Below are positions 43,001 through 53,500 of a stretch of 64,000 nt of DNA, in pieces (the first letter of the stretch is position 1; each line of letters starts with the position of its first letter). The position numbers and the translations under genes are program-made. Source of the stretch: Clostridia bacterium (GTDB lineage Bacteria > Bacillota > Clostridia > UMGS1840); NCBI GenBank assembly GCA_045638525.1, contig JAZUBQ010000001.1:68438-132437 (forward strand), in the 5' to 3' direction. The notes under the pieces were generated by a model that worked only from the letters and a program-made list of their open reading frames with translations, was not told where the DNA came from and made no database searches.

Positions 43001-45804
43001 TATAAGAATTCCATATCCAATCTGTCGGCATCTGCCCAACAGAAGGAACCGCTGCTTACAGGTTTGTAAACTTCTGCATAGAAGCCGGTATCGGAGGTAA
43101 TTTCAAAGGTGTTTTCCACACCGTCTAACACACCCAGGTAGGGATATACGATACCTGCACCGTCTTTCGACATAGTTAATTCATAGGTAACCGCTGCGCC
43201 GGGAGACAGATTTATAAACTTACCGACATCATTATTGGTACCGGTCTGATAGGAGCCGTCCGCTTCCACAAAATTGTGAATATCGGTAACAGAAACGTGC
43301 TGTCTGCCATATGCAGTAAATGCAGTTTCAATTTTGGAAAGATGATTCATGCCGAATGCATCTAATTCATTGAAGGTAATATCTGCAGATAAATCAGAGG
43401 TGCTCAGGTTGTTCACGCCTTTAATCATATACAGATATTTTACAATACCGCTACCGGATAAGGTTACGGTAGAACCGGTTTCGTTGATTAAGGTTACCGC
43501 TTTGTCGGAAGCCACACGATAGATACCTGCGCTGGGTGCTTCATAAGTGATGGTGCCAACCGGAGCGAAGGTTGCAGTGGGAGGAGCGGTAGGAGTGGGA
43601 AGATCTACTTCCAGGGTTTTTAAGTTTTTCAGGTTAACCTGGGGACCCCATACTGCATGATCTTTGATTGCGGTTTCTGCAGTTTTAGACAGACGCAAGG
43701 AACCGATGAGTGCAGCATTGGAACCGGTATTGGTGATGGTAATCTGGTTTACGCCTTCTCTTACATACAAGAATTCCATATCTTGCTGTTTGGAACCGTC
43801 TTTCCAACAGGTAGTCTGCCAACCGGTAGTATCTTTAGTAATTTCTGCATAGAAGCCGGTATCAGACGAAATGGTGAAGGTATGCTGAAGGTCATCCTGA
43901 ACATTCAGGTACGGATAAACAATACCTGCACCGGTAGCACCTACAGTTGCATTTACAGTAACAGATGCGCCGGATTCCAGAGACATCAGGCTGCTAATAG
44001 CCTGCGTATGATCTACTGCGTAGCATACAGAGGGAGTAGAAATCTGATCAATATATGCCAGACCATTATCTTCTATGTTCGTAAAGGTTACGTTTGCATT
44101 TTTGTTGGTAGTTTGAATTTTATTTACACCTGCAATTAAGTAGATGTATTTGGTTTCGTTTGCTGCTAATGCTGCAACGGAACCGGTTTCACTGGTCAAA
44201 GTAACCGCTTTGTCGGAAGTTACTTTATGTACACCTGCATAAAGAGAAGTGTAGGTAACATAGTCTGCAGCAGGAGTGGGAACAGGAGTCGGAGTCGGTG
44301 TGGGAGTCGGTGTGGGAGTTGCCTCGGGTTCATCCGAATATTCAACCACTTTCAGCTCAGTCATTTTCATCTGAGGATCCCAAGCTGAGTTGCCAACCAG
44401 TTCCCCTGCACTGTGAACTGCAATGGTATACAGTGTGGTAGCGGTGGAACCGTTGTTTTTAATGGTGATTACATTTTCACCTTTTCTTACATACGCCATT
44501 TCGGGATCGGTTTTCGCCAGATCTTTCCAAGCCCAGGAACCACCATTGGTTGCCGGGGAATAGAAGATATCCGCATAATAACCGGTATCAAAGGTAACTC
44601 TTAAGGTACCTTCTGCCGTATTGTTCATAGTAGCGATGTAAGGATATACGATACCATTCATTCCTTTGGAAGGAGTGTAGGTAGCGGTATAGACTTCTCC
44701 GGGAGCCAGCGTTTTTAAAATCGCTACCGCAACTTTATCTTCCTGGCCGGAGATAATGGGTTCTTTAGGAATATTCACCTGGTTGAAATAAGCTTTACCG
44801 TTGTCTTCTAATGCGGTAAAGGTTAAAACAGCGTTTTCATCGGTGGTTTCGATGGTGTTCACACCTGCGATTAAGTAGATGTATTTGGTTGCGCCTGCAG
44901 TTAATGCTGCCACGGAACCGGTTTCGTTGGTTAAGGTAACCGCTTTGTTGGAAGAAACTGCATACACACCTGCGTATTCCGCTTCGTAGGTAACGGTGAG
45001 CACTTCAGGAGTCGGTTCGGGAGTTGGTTCCGGAGTGAGGCTATAGGGAACAACCTTCAAGGATGCCATATTCATCTGGTCTTTCCAGTAATCAGCTGTC
45101 GCTAAAACACCGGTAGTACGAATTCCAACAGAATACAGCGTAACAGAGGAACTACCGATATTTTCAATGGTAATTTCCTGTTTTCCGTCTCTTACATAGA
45201 GCATTTCAGGATCCTGACGAGCTGCATCTGCCCATGCAGAAGAGCTATAATTATAAGCAAGATAAATGTCTGCATAGTAACCGGTATCAGTGGTCACTCT
45301 AACGGAATTACCTGCACCGGATGCGGGAGCAATGTAGGGATATACAAGGCCTGCATCGATTACACCCGGAGTATAGGTTGCGGTGTGTTTTGCACCGGGA
45401 GCCAAAGTCACATAACTAAAGCCTGCAACCGTATCGCCGGTATCACCGGGAAGAATGGGTTCTTCGGTCATAGCAACTTTGTTGATATAATCCAAACCAT
45501 TGCCGTCTAATGCGGTAAAGGTTAAGGTCGCTGATGCAACGCTCTTGGTAATGTTGTTATTCCCTTTAATCAGGTAGAAGTAATCAGCAATACCTGCTTT
45601 TAAGGTAACAGTATGTCCGGTTTCGTTGGTCAAGGTAACTGCTTTGTTGGAAGTTACCTGATACACACCTGCATAAGGTGCATCGGTGTACGAGATGGTT
45701 TCACCTGCTGCAGAGGCAGTCAGTTGTACGAGGGATACTACCATACTGCTTAAAACTGCGCAAACCAAAAGGAAAGAAATCAGTTTTTTGAAACTTGTTT
45801 TCAT
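40003..45804 (-). CDS. Giant secreted protein P1 (1933 aa): 4 type-B modules, CBM6/35-like module, helical plus Ig-like module, C-terminal right-handed beta-helix domain
   Basis: A signal peptide ends in LTASAAG. Four repeats of about 220-250 aa each begin ..Y.(D/E)APYAGVY.V.S.KAVTL.NETGS and are separated by PEPTPEPTPE, PTPTPTPTPTPVPTP and PTPTAPPTAT linkers. The beta-helix motifs include NIFRRTAQEF and HHNDIKDTSYSGIVVGWGWGY. Confidence 0.75.
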   Translation of the reverse strand: MKTSFKKLISFLLVCAVLSSMVVSLVQLTASAAGETISYTDAPYAGVYQVTSNKAVTLTNETGHTVTLKAGIADYFYLIKGNNNITKSVASATLTFTALDGNGLDYINKVAMTEEPILPGDTGDTVAGFSYVTLAPGAKHTATYTPGVIDAGLVYPYIAPASGAGNSVRVTTDTGYYADIYLAYNYSSSAWADAARQDPEMLYVRDGKQEITIENIGSSSVTLYSVGIRTTGVLATADYWKDQMNMASLKVVPYSLTPEPTPEPTPEVLTVTYEAEYAGVYAVSSNKAVTLTNETGSVAALTAGATKYIYLIAGVNTIETTDENAVLTFTALEDNGKAYFNQVNIPKEPIISGQEDKVAVAILKTLAPGEVYTATYTPSKGMNGIVYPYIATMNNTAEGTLRVTFDTGYYADIFYSPATNGGSWAWKDLAKTDPEMAYVRKGENVITIKNNGSTATTLYTIAVHSAGELVGNSAWDPQMKMTELKVVEYSDEPEATPTPTPTPTPTPVPTPAADYVTYTSLYAGVHKVTSDKAVTLTSETGSVAALAANETKYIYLIAGVNKIQTTNKNANVTFTNIEDNGLAYIDQISTPSVCYAVDHTQAISSLMSLESGASVTVNATVGATGAGIVYPYLNVQDDLQHTFTISSDTGFYAEITKDTTGWQTTCWKDGSKQQDMEFLYVREGVNQITITNTGSNAALIGSLRLSKTAETAIKDHAVWGPQVNLKNLKTLEVDLPTPTAPPTATFAPVGTITYEAPSAGIYRVASDKAVTLINETGSTVTLSGSGIVKYLYMIKGVNNLSTSDLSADITFNELDAFGMNHLSKIETAFTAYGRQHVSVTDIHNFVEADGSYQTGTNNDVGKFINLSPGAAVTYELTMSKDGAGIVYPYLGVLDGVENTFEITSDTGFYAEVYKPVSSGSFCWADADRLDMEFLYVREGKNLITIKNTGSSIATVTALRLSMTDGEDGLADHETWGPQMNLQNLKVFSGSSNAAPTATPAPILPDVSNANLYTVIEAEDSVSTALTEQATYNGKNGLKMTDMYTEAAYTLDVAQETVYNLNMVGAAWKDVNFDLYVDNTLVDYATMHFDNDRSGTTWAYQQEEVAQLHLDAGTHTLKFVFYCDTFYFDSIVLEDTNSMYYHLIHDFKDITTAEGAFDLLEKYGEAANIDVNADTVNHVYAPMSFWNMVGKNYETAAEMLEAYNECIVDPTVIVKNASGQEVSELPEGTAYVSMDCINIPSEVTLIAAVYSGNKLVAISPMTREGGLASAAFTELSAGCTLKVLAMADLAEAAPYAKEVYGTPYREIYVATTGKSTNAGTKEAPVNNLANALKIVKTINADMTGDIIINVAPGTYKSSVAIEIDPTMSGKNGHKVIIRAEDKNNKPVLSGGEDLTGKWSKVDGKNYYVASTSTRETRALFVNGYQATMARTENLFSGALMDPAEKKNDSHVTDGILLSLSGGNKDFPKGLDQQTEVQASRMQIVFSLQWANHRFPLDRIEYSGSNAYVYTTYPYYNAFCIPGLHTSTITPDQGASFYIENSLLLLDKPGEFYFDKEARKMYYYPYAEENMATVETWCAVTDGMMNITGVGSNNKVTNLEFDGISFRYGGYDDFTVKGAAFNQTDEWRLGGETYYGQHMFPAQIVAKYADSLVFKNCEFASMGSSALIFEEGVSNSQISGSYFHDIAGTGVVLGDYRDGNSAAASTERCKNIEIDNNIFRRTAQEFQGLTAISVYYVGNANIHHNDIKDTSYSGIVVGWGWGYDDPVDCGNHNISYNKIDNVMQTMGDGAHIYTLGNLRGTQINDNYVIDPGQIKAPGIYFDQGTGYTNVCDNVVTGAYDNSSEYWFFARQLVNINNCFAGYNHTDGRDPAKIFGTNGTSTKDVALKGNSYRVSTWSTTAQRIMAEAGLEDKTVLNTISEYPTWRTMRMMDIPAN
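44268..44335 (-). repeat. (PT)n linker between type-B modules 2 and 3 of P1
   Basis: The translation reads EPEATPTPTPTPTPTPVPTPAA. The plus strand reads ggagtcggagtcggtgtgggagtcggtgtgggagtt. Confidence 0.85.
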
Positions 45805-45911
45805 TTGGTTGTCCTCCTTAAGTTGTAATGAATTTTTTGGGTCATATGAGGTTTTTATTTTATCTGTGATATGCCGCTTTTAAGGCATATCACAGAATAT
45901 TTTAAGTGAAA

Positions 45912-48900
45912 TTATTCGTCTGCGGGAACATCCAGCATACGCATGGTTCTCCAGGAAGGATAATAATCAACCGCTTCCACTTTTGCGGTGTCTTTTACGC
46001 CTGCTTCAGACATAATTCTCTGTGCAGATAAAGACCAGCTGGTCACGCTTACGTTGTTGTTTTCCATAGTTACACCGGAGCTGTCAAAACCGTAGGAACC
46101 GCCGGTGGAAGGCATTTTACCGTCAGTATGGTTATAAGAACCGTAACAATTGTCAATCTGAACATATCTTCTTGCAAACAGCCAACGGTCAGTGGTGGGT
46201 TTTGCGTCGGTGAACACGTTATCACTGAAGTAGAGATCCTGGGTTGCCTGGTCAAGGTACAGACCGCCTCTTAAGTGGTCACCCGGATCAATAAAGTAGT
46301 TATCGTTAATCTGGTTGTTGCCCTGCAAACCAACGGTGTAAATCTGAGAACCGTCATACATAGTCTGCATTACATCCTGGATTTTATTGTAAGATATTAC
46401 GTTATTTCCGCAATCTTCGGGAAGTGCTGCTCCCCAACCCCAACCAACGGTAATGGCGGTGTAGGGCATATCAGCGATATCGTTGTGATGCACTTTGGAA
46501 TTACCGGTGTAATACATCGCGATGGCGGTGGTTCCTAAATATTCCTGTGCACAACGGCGGAAAATATTGTTGTCCACTTCAATCTGAGTGGAACGCTGTT
46601 TGGAAGCATCCATAGACTTATCGTGTTTAAAGCTTCCGATTACCACGCCGGTACCGGAAATATCGTGGAAGGAGCTTTCGGTCACACGACAGTTGGTGTC
46701 TCCTTCTTCAAAGAGTACCGCACTGGAACCCAGACAAGCAAATTCGCAATTTTTAAATACCACATTGTCTGCATAAGTTACAGTTACCTGAGCAGGGAAC
46801 ATATAGCTTCCGTACCAGATGGCGTCACCTACACGCAGTTCGTCTGCCTGGTTAAATGCCGCACCCTGAGTGGTGGCTTCATCCCAAGCACCGTAACGGA
46901 AGGAAATTCCGTCAAATTCGATGTTGGAAACTTTGTTGGTTGCGTTAACACCGTTGATGGTCATCAAACCATCTGTAATTGCACAGTAAGTTTCTGCGGT
47001 CGTCATATCCTCATTTGCATAGGGATAGTAATACATTTTGCGGTTGGTGTTATCGAAATAGAATTCACCGGGTGCATCCAGCAGGTCCATGGAATTTTCC
47101 AAGTAGAAAGAACCGGTGGGCTGAATGGTGCTGGTGGTAGCATCGTCATCTAAGAACACGTGATATCTGGGATACGGAATGTAGATGTATGCGTGTTCAT
47201 AACCGTAGTAATCACCATAGGTAACTTTTTCTACAGGGAAACGATGGTTTGCCCAGTTTTTCTGGAATACTACCTGCAATCTGGTATCATCGCCCAGCGT
47301 TCTGGGGAAGTTGGTATCCCATCTTTCGATGTCTACCACAAAACCATCTGCGATATGCAGGTCATTCTGGGGATTTTCAGGTACGATAAAGTCTTTTCCG
47401 GTATACCAAACATCACTTCTTGCTAAGGTTGCCTGATAGCCGTTAACATATAATGCTCTGGTTTCACGGGTGGTGGTAGTAGCTACCCAGTAGTTCTTAC
47501 CGGAAACTTTTGACCATTTTCCGGTTAAGGGTTCACCACCGGAGAGAACCGGCTGATTGTCCGGGTCTTGGGCTTTGATGATTACTTTATAACCGTTCAT
47601 ACCGCCCATGGTGGAATCAATCGCCAAGGTCACATTACTGCGGTATACACCGGGAGCAACGTGTACCACAATGTCACCGGTCATAGCAGAATTATAGGAT
47701 TTTACTTTGGTTAACGCCTGTGCAACACTTGCTAAGGGAGTTTCGGGAGTTAATCCATCATTGGAGGATTTTCCGTTGGTTGCAACATAAATATCTTTAT
47801 AAACGCCGGTAGAAGAATAGGGCTTTGCTTCCGCCAGATCGGAGAACACCATAATTTTCACTTTACTCTGTGCGGTTAAGTTTGTTAAATTACAGGTAAC
47901 GGTGGTGGAAGTGCTCTTTAAGGTGTTTAAGTTGCCAACCATCTGATTGCCTTTGTATTCTGCCACAACGACGGTGGAGTTTGCAGGCATATCAGCGGTT
48001 TTAATCACCAGTCTTGCAGAGCCTTCGGGCAATACGCTGACAAGCGAATTGGAACCATTGTATAACTTCACGGTTGGGCTTGTGGTTTCATTGGCGATAA
48101 TATCGTTGTATGCCAGAAGCATATCGTCCAAAGAATCGAAATCCTTACCAACCATCGGCCAGAAGGACAATTCCGGATAGAATAAATCGGAAGTGTCATT
48201 TTCCACATTGATATCAATCAAAGCACCACATTCTTTTAAAATGTTGTAAGCTTCGATCGATGTGGTGGCATCTTTGAAGCCATAAAGCAGGTGATAGGTT
48301 CTGCTGCTGGTATTTTCCAGTCGGAATGCATCAAAGTAGAACTCATCACAGAAATAGACAAAGCTGATAGTATGTGTGCCTGCAGTTAAATTTAAGGAAT
48401 AAATTTTTTCATTCTGCATGGGATAGGAAGATGAACTCTTCGGCACATTAAAATGCATGGTTTCATAAGACAGCGTGACACCATCTACGACAATTTCAAC
48501 GGAAACGTCCTTCCATGCAGCACCTCTGAAATACAGGTTATACAACCCGTTATCGGGAACAGAAACGGTGTAGGTAGAAACAGATTCTGAGGTAGCTTTG
48601 ATAACATCTGCACCATCATAAGTGGTATGGGAAATACCGGTTGTGGGAGTGCAGCTTTCTGCTTCGATTGTAATCATATACTCAGAATCGGTAATATTCG
48701 GAGTAGGAGTCGGAGTGGGAGTGGGTTTTGCAGTGGGAACAGGAGTGGGAGCATTGGTAGGAACAGGGGTTGCTACCGGAATGTCTGCAAGCTCTTTCAC
48801 AAACTGCATATACTCGGTGGAATCGTAGGGTGCTTTATCCAGACGACCGAAGTCGGTTTCGGATAACATTACCGCATAGGTTCCGATGTTTTCAATGATA

Positions 48901-50474
48901 AGAGTGTTTTCACCTTCTGTAAAGTACAGAGGCTGGTCCTGATACATGGGACCGTTGGTCCAACCGGTCTGGGTCAGATTGAAATCTGCATAGTAGTCAC
49001 CGCTGGTCACACGGATGGTAGTATTGCCGCCGATGGATTTTACCAGTAGCTGCATACCGTACACGCCGGTGTAAGGTGCGTTGAAGGTGTAGGTTGCAAA
49101 TTCTCCGTTCACCATGGTGAAATCAGCACCGCTTAAGTGGGATTCATCCATATTGACTTCCCCGGTGATTTCATCCATGCCGAAACCGCCGATGTAACCG
49201 TTGAAAGCAGGTTCTGCTTTTACGTTACCAATCCATTTGGTAATGGGTGCAGCAGTGGGAGTCGGTGTGGGTGCCGGAGTGGGAGTAGGAGTTGCTTCGG
49301 GAGCACCGGTTACTTTTACCAAAGGCAGATAATCCAGAGATTTTTCTGCACCGGAAGCATCCAGACGACCAAAGTCGATACAGGAAACGGTTGCATTTGC
49401 ATTGCCGTTTAATGCTAATTTAATGGTGTTAACACCTTTTTTCAGATAAATGGGTTGGTCCTGCTGACAGCCGGAGCTCCATCCCCAGGTGGTAACATTA
49501 TAGTTTGCTTCGTAACCTTCTTCGGTGGTTACCTGCCATTGTACAGGAGTGTTGCTTGACCAATCGGTTTTGATCTGCATTACATACACACCGGTATAAG
49601 GCATATCCACATTGATGTATGCCCAGTCCCCTGCAATCATGGTAAATTTACCGTATGCATCGAAAGGAGCGCCGGAAGATGCCTGATAGTCAACACCTGC
49701 TACCGCTGCTTCGCCGTTGCGGATTGCAGCTTTGATATCGCCCACAGTAGAGGTATAACCATTCTTATAAGCACTGCCACATTCGTTGTATTCACCCGGC
49801 CAGGTTAAGGGTGCTTCGGTAGGTTCGGGAGTGGGAGAAGGAACAGGAGTGGGAGTGGGAAGTTGTACGGGAGAATCCACACTCTTTACCAGAGGTAAAA
49901 AGTCTAAGGATTTTTCTGCACCCTGGGCATCCAGTCTTCCCATATCTAATGCATTGATAATTGCATTGTTGTTACCCATCAATTCAATTTTGATGATGTT
50001 TTTACCTTCTTTTAAGTAGAGGGGCTGGTCCTGATTACAACCGGAGCTCCATGCAGTCTGAGTCAGGTTGAACTGCGCCAGATAATCTTCATCGGTGGTA
50101 ATATGAACGGTGGTGGCACCGTCGCCGCCAATCCAGGCAGTAGACAACTGCATTGCATACACACCGGTATAGGGAGCGGTGATTTCATAGTAACCCCAGT
50201 CTCCTACCACCATAGTGAAGGCTCCGTCTGCTCCAAAGGGAGCGGAAGAACTTGCCTGATAGTCAACGCCGGCAACCGATTCGGTGCCGTTAGATTTGGT
50301 GAATGTGGTTAAACCGTAATACTCACCCACATAACCGTTTTTGTAAGCAGCATCTAAGGAGCCGAATTTACCGGTCCAGGTGGGAGTTGCCGCAGAAACG
50401 GGCATTGCTGCCACGCTAACGAGCATAGAAATTAATAAACAGATGGATAACAATTTTCTGAATTCGATTTTCAA
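45912..50474 (-). CDS. Giant secreted protein P2 (1520 aa): 3 type-A modules, then the same CBM-like/helical-Ig/beta-helix chassis as P1
   Basis: It uses a TTG start with GGAGGA 7 nt upstream, and the signal peptide ends in MPVSA. Three modules of about 180 aa carry (V)AGVDYQASS..PF, APYTGVY(A/G)MQ, QDQP(L/I)Y(L/F), GRLD and (F/Y)(L/M)(P/Q)(L/F)VK. The C-terminal roughly 635 aa are collinear with P1 and P3. Confidence 0.75.
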   Translation of the reverse strand: MKIEFRKLLSICLLISMLVSVAAMPVSAATPTWTGKFGSLDAAYKNGYVGEYYGLTTFTKSNGTESVAGVDYQASSSAPFGADGAFTMVVGDWGYYEITAPYTGVYAMQLSTAWIGGDGATTVHITTDEDYLAQFNLTQTAWSSGCNQDQPLYLKEGKNIIKIELMGNNNAIINALDMGRLDAQGAEKSLDFLPLVKSVDSPVQLPTPTPVPSPTPEPTEAPLTWPGEYNECGSAYKNGYTSTVGDIKAAIRNGEAAVAGVDYQASSGAPFDAYGKFTMIAGDWAYINVDMPYTGVYVMQIKTDWSSNTPVQWQVTTEEGYEANYNVTTWGWSSGCQQDQPIYLKKGVNTIKLALNGNANATVSCIDFGRLDASGAEKSLDYLPLVKVTGAPEATPTPTPAPTPTPTAAPITKWIGNVKAEPAFNGYIGGFGMDEITGEVNMDESHLSGADFTMVNGEFATYTFNAPYTGVYGMQLLVKSIGGNTTIRVTSGDYYADFNLTQTGWTNGPMYQDQPLYFTEGENTLIIENIGTYAVMLSETDFGRLDKAPYDSTEYMQFVKELADIPVATPVPTNAPTPVPTAKPTPTPTPTPNITDSEYMITIEAESCTPTTGISHTTYDGADVIKATSESVSTYTVSVPDNGLYNLYFRGAAWKDVSVEIVVDGVTLSYETMHFNVPKSSSSYPMQNEKIYSLNLTAGTHTISFVYFCDEFYFDAFRLENTSSRTYHLLYGFKDATTSIEAYNILKECGALIDINVENDTSDLFYPELSFWPMVGKDFDSLDDMLLAYNDIIANETTSPTVKLYNGSNSLVSVLPEGSARLVIKTADMPANSTVVVAEYKGNQMVGNLNTLKSTSTTVTCNLTNLTAQSKVKIMVFSDLAEAKPYSSTGVYKDIYVATNGKSSNDGLTPETPLASVAQALTKVKSYNSAMTGDIVVHVAPGVYRSNVTLAIDSTMGGMNGYKVIIKAQDPDNQPVLSGGEPLTGKWSKVSGKNYWVATTTTRETRALYVNGYQATLARSDVWYTGKDFIVPENPQNDLHIADGFVVDIERWDTNFPRTLGDDTRLQVVFQKNWANHRFPVEKVTYGDYYGYEHAYIYIPYPRYHVFLDDDATTSTIQPTGSFYLENSMDLLDAPGEFYFDNTNRKMYYYPYANEDMTTAETYCAITDGLMTINGVNATNKVSNIEFDGISFRYGAWDEATTQGAAFNQADELRVGDAIWYGSYMFPAQVTVTYADNVVFKNCEFACLGSSAVLFEEGDTNCRVTESSFHDISGTGVVIGSFKHDKSMDASKQRSTQIEVDNNIFRRCAQEYLGTTAIAMYYTGNSKVHHNDIADMPYTAITVGWGWGAALPEDCGNNVISYNKIQDVMQTMYDGSQIYTVGLQGNNQINDNYFIDPGDHLRGGLYLDQATQDLYFSDNVFTDAKPTTDRWLFARRYVQIDNCYGSYNHTDGKMPSTGGSYGFDSSGVTMENNNVSVTSWSLSAQRIMSEAGVKDTAKVEAVDYYPSWRTMRMLDVPADE
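48690..48785 (-). repeat. PT-rich linker between type-A module 3 and the CBM-like module of P2
   Basis: The translation reads IPVATPVPTNAPTPVPTAKPTPTPTPTPNITDS. Confidence 0.85.
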
Positions 50475-50551
50475 GGGTTAGTCCTCCTTCAAACGATAAC
50501 GTTTGTTTCATAGTACCGGACAAGAGATTAGTAGGTCCGGCCGAATTCTGT

Positions 50552-53500
50552 CTAATCAATGATTGCAGCGTCGGGAATGTGGAACATTGGAAGCACTCGC
50601 CAAGAGGGATAATAATCCACTTTGGCTACTCTTGTTTTATCTTCCACACCGGCTTCTGCCATAATTCTCAAAGCTGTGGTTTTCCAGGATGTCTGATTGA
50701 TATTGTTACCGGTGTAAGTTACACCGGAAGTATCTAATGGGAAGGTGGAGAATCGTTTGGGGTCGCCACCGTCTGTGTGGTTATAGGCTGCATAGTTGTC
50801 GTTTAAGTTCACATACTTTCTTGCAAACAACCAATAGTCATTGGAATCGTTTGCGCCTTCAACCACGTTGTCGCACATGGAAATATATCCTGTGCCTTCA
50901 TCAAAGTAAACACCGCCTCGACGGTAGTTACCCGGATTGATTAAGTAGTTGTCATTTAGGTGCATATTTTTCTGGTCACCCAGTGTGTAAATCTGAGCGC
51001 CATCATCCAACACCTGACAAACTTCGGTAATTTTATTGTAGGAAACAATGTGATTTCCTGTGTCGGATGGTTCATAGTATCCCCATCCCCAACCGATACA
51101 AATGCCGCTGTATGGCAGATGTTTGATATCATTGTGATGCACATTCACGGAATCTGCATAATATGCCGCAACAGCAGGCAAATTCATAAATTCCTGAGAA
51201 ATTCGGCGGAAAATATTGTTGCCGATTTCAATGTTCTTACATCTGCCGCCTCCGGTATAGTTGCTGTTGTGTAAGAAATTGGAAACCGAAACGCCACCGC
51301 CGGAAATATCGTGAAAATCACAGTTTATCACTTTGGAATTGGTAACGCCTTCTATCAGATACATTGCAGAAGAACCAAGTTCTGCAAACTCACAACCGTC
51401 AAAAACCAAAGCATTTGCATAGTTGACTTGAATCTGCGCATTCATCAGATGCTGAGAGTATCCGGTTTCGGTTCCGCGACGAAGCTCGTCTGTCTGGTTA
51501 AATGCCGCACCGTAAGTGGTGGCATCATCCCAGGCACCGTGTTTGAAGGAAATGTTTTTAAATTCCAGATTTTCCACACAGTTGGTCATAGAGGAACCGT
51601 TGACTGTCAACAACACATCGGTCACTGCACAATAGGTTTGGGCATTTTTCATATCCTCATTTGCGTAAGGATAGTAATACATTTTGCGATTGGTTTTATC
51701 AAAATAGAATTCACCGGGCTCGTCTAAGAGCGCCATTGCGTTTTCTAAGTAGAAGCCTCTGCCCTCTTTGGGAACAACCGTATCGGTATGTCCACCCAAC
51801 AGATAGGCATTATAATAAGGATAGGTTGCGTTGATATACGCATAGTTGGAATCATAGGTTACGCTGTCAATGGGGAAACGCTGATTGGTCCAGGCTAAGT
51901 TATAAACCACCTGCAATCGGGTTTCTCCAGCCAAATCCCTTGAAATATTGGGGTAACTTGCCAACCTTACTTTCAAGCCATCCACCACGTGTTTGTCATT
52001 TTTGGGATTTGTGGGGGTGATGTATTCCCCTGCGTATATATCATTACTTCTTGCCAGAACCGCCTGATAACCATTGACATAAAGTGCTCTGGTCTCACGG
52101 GTAGTGGTAGAAGCGACCCAGTAATTTTTGCCGGAAACTTTGCTCCATTTTCCGGTTAAGGATTCGCCACCGGAAAGAACCGGTCTGTTGCCCGGGTCAT
52201 CCCCCTGAATGATTACCTTATAACCATTTTTCCCGCTCATGGTGGGATCAATTTCTAAGGTAACATTACTGCGATAAACGCCGGGTGCAATGTGAATCAC
52301 AATGTCACCGGTCATTTGGGAATTTACGTTTTTTACTTTGTTCAGCGCCTGAACCAAAGTTGCAAGCGGTGCATCGGGAGAGGTTCCCGTATTGGAGGAG
52401 CTTCCCTCAGTGGAAACGTAGAAATCCATATATGTGCCGGAGGAAGTATAGGGGGTTAATTCCTCCAGATTGGTAATTGCAAAAATTTTCAGTTCACTTC
52501 CTGCCTCCACATCGGATAAGCTGAAGGAAACGGTTGTGGAAGTGCTGTTTTGCACCTGAGGTATCTGTGCCAACTTCGCACCTTTGTAAAGTGCCAACAC
52601 CAAAGAGGTGTTTTTCGGAATATCTGCACAATCTACAGTAACGGTGGATCTGCCTGCAGGTAAATCGGATACCGATACATTGGATGCATTTTTGATTCTG
52701 ACGGTGGGATTTTCCAACTCGTCTGCCAAAACAGATTCATACAAATCTTTTAACTGAGCAGGCGTTTGATAGTCTTTTCCAACCATACCCCAGAACGCCA
52801 TCTCAGGACAAGCAAGTTCCAAAGTATCGGCTTCCACATCAATGTAAATGTAGTCACCGGAGGAAAGCAGTGCTTCGTAAATTCCCTGAGAGGTAGCAAT
52901 ATCTTTGATTCCGTAAAGAATCTGATATTTTTTCGAATAAGTATCTTCTAAAGTGAAAGAGTCAAAATAATAGGTATCACAATAGAAGGTGAAGCCAATG
53001 GTATGTGTTCCTTTGGCTAAGGGGAAAGTTGCCACACATTCTTCGTTGTAGGAGAAGGTGGCGTTTCTGTCACTCTGGAAATGAGACGTTTTGTAGTAAT
53101 ACACAGTTCCGTCTAAAGCGATGTCAAAAGAAACATCTTTCCAGGCAGCGCCCTTCATATATAAGTTATAGATAGTATCTTCTTCAACAGTTACTTCATA
53201 AGTAACAGAGGATTCGGAAGTTGCTTTCGCCACGGAGGCACCGTTATAAGTAGTTTTAGAAAGACTTCCGCTTTTATAATTTTCCGCTTCGTAAACCGTT
53301 CTCATCACTCTGTCTGAAACATCCGGATTAACGGGGTTGGGAGTCATTGTGGGAGCCACGGTGGGAATCGGAGTAGTTGTCGGAACAGGGGTTGCGGTGG
53401 GAACGGGAGTGGGAGTAGGTTCTGCAGTTTCGCTTAATACTTTTAAGTTCTGCAGATTAATCTGGGGACCCCAGATTGCATTATTTTTCACCCCATCGGA

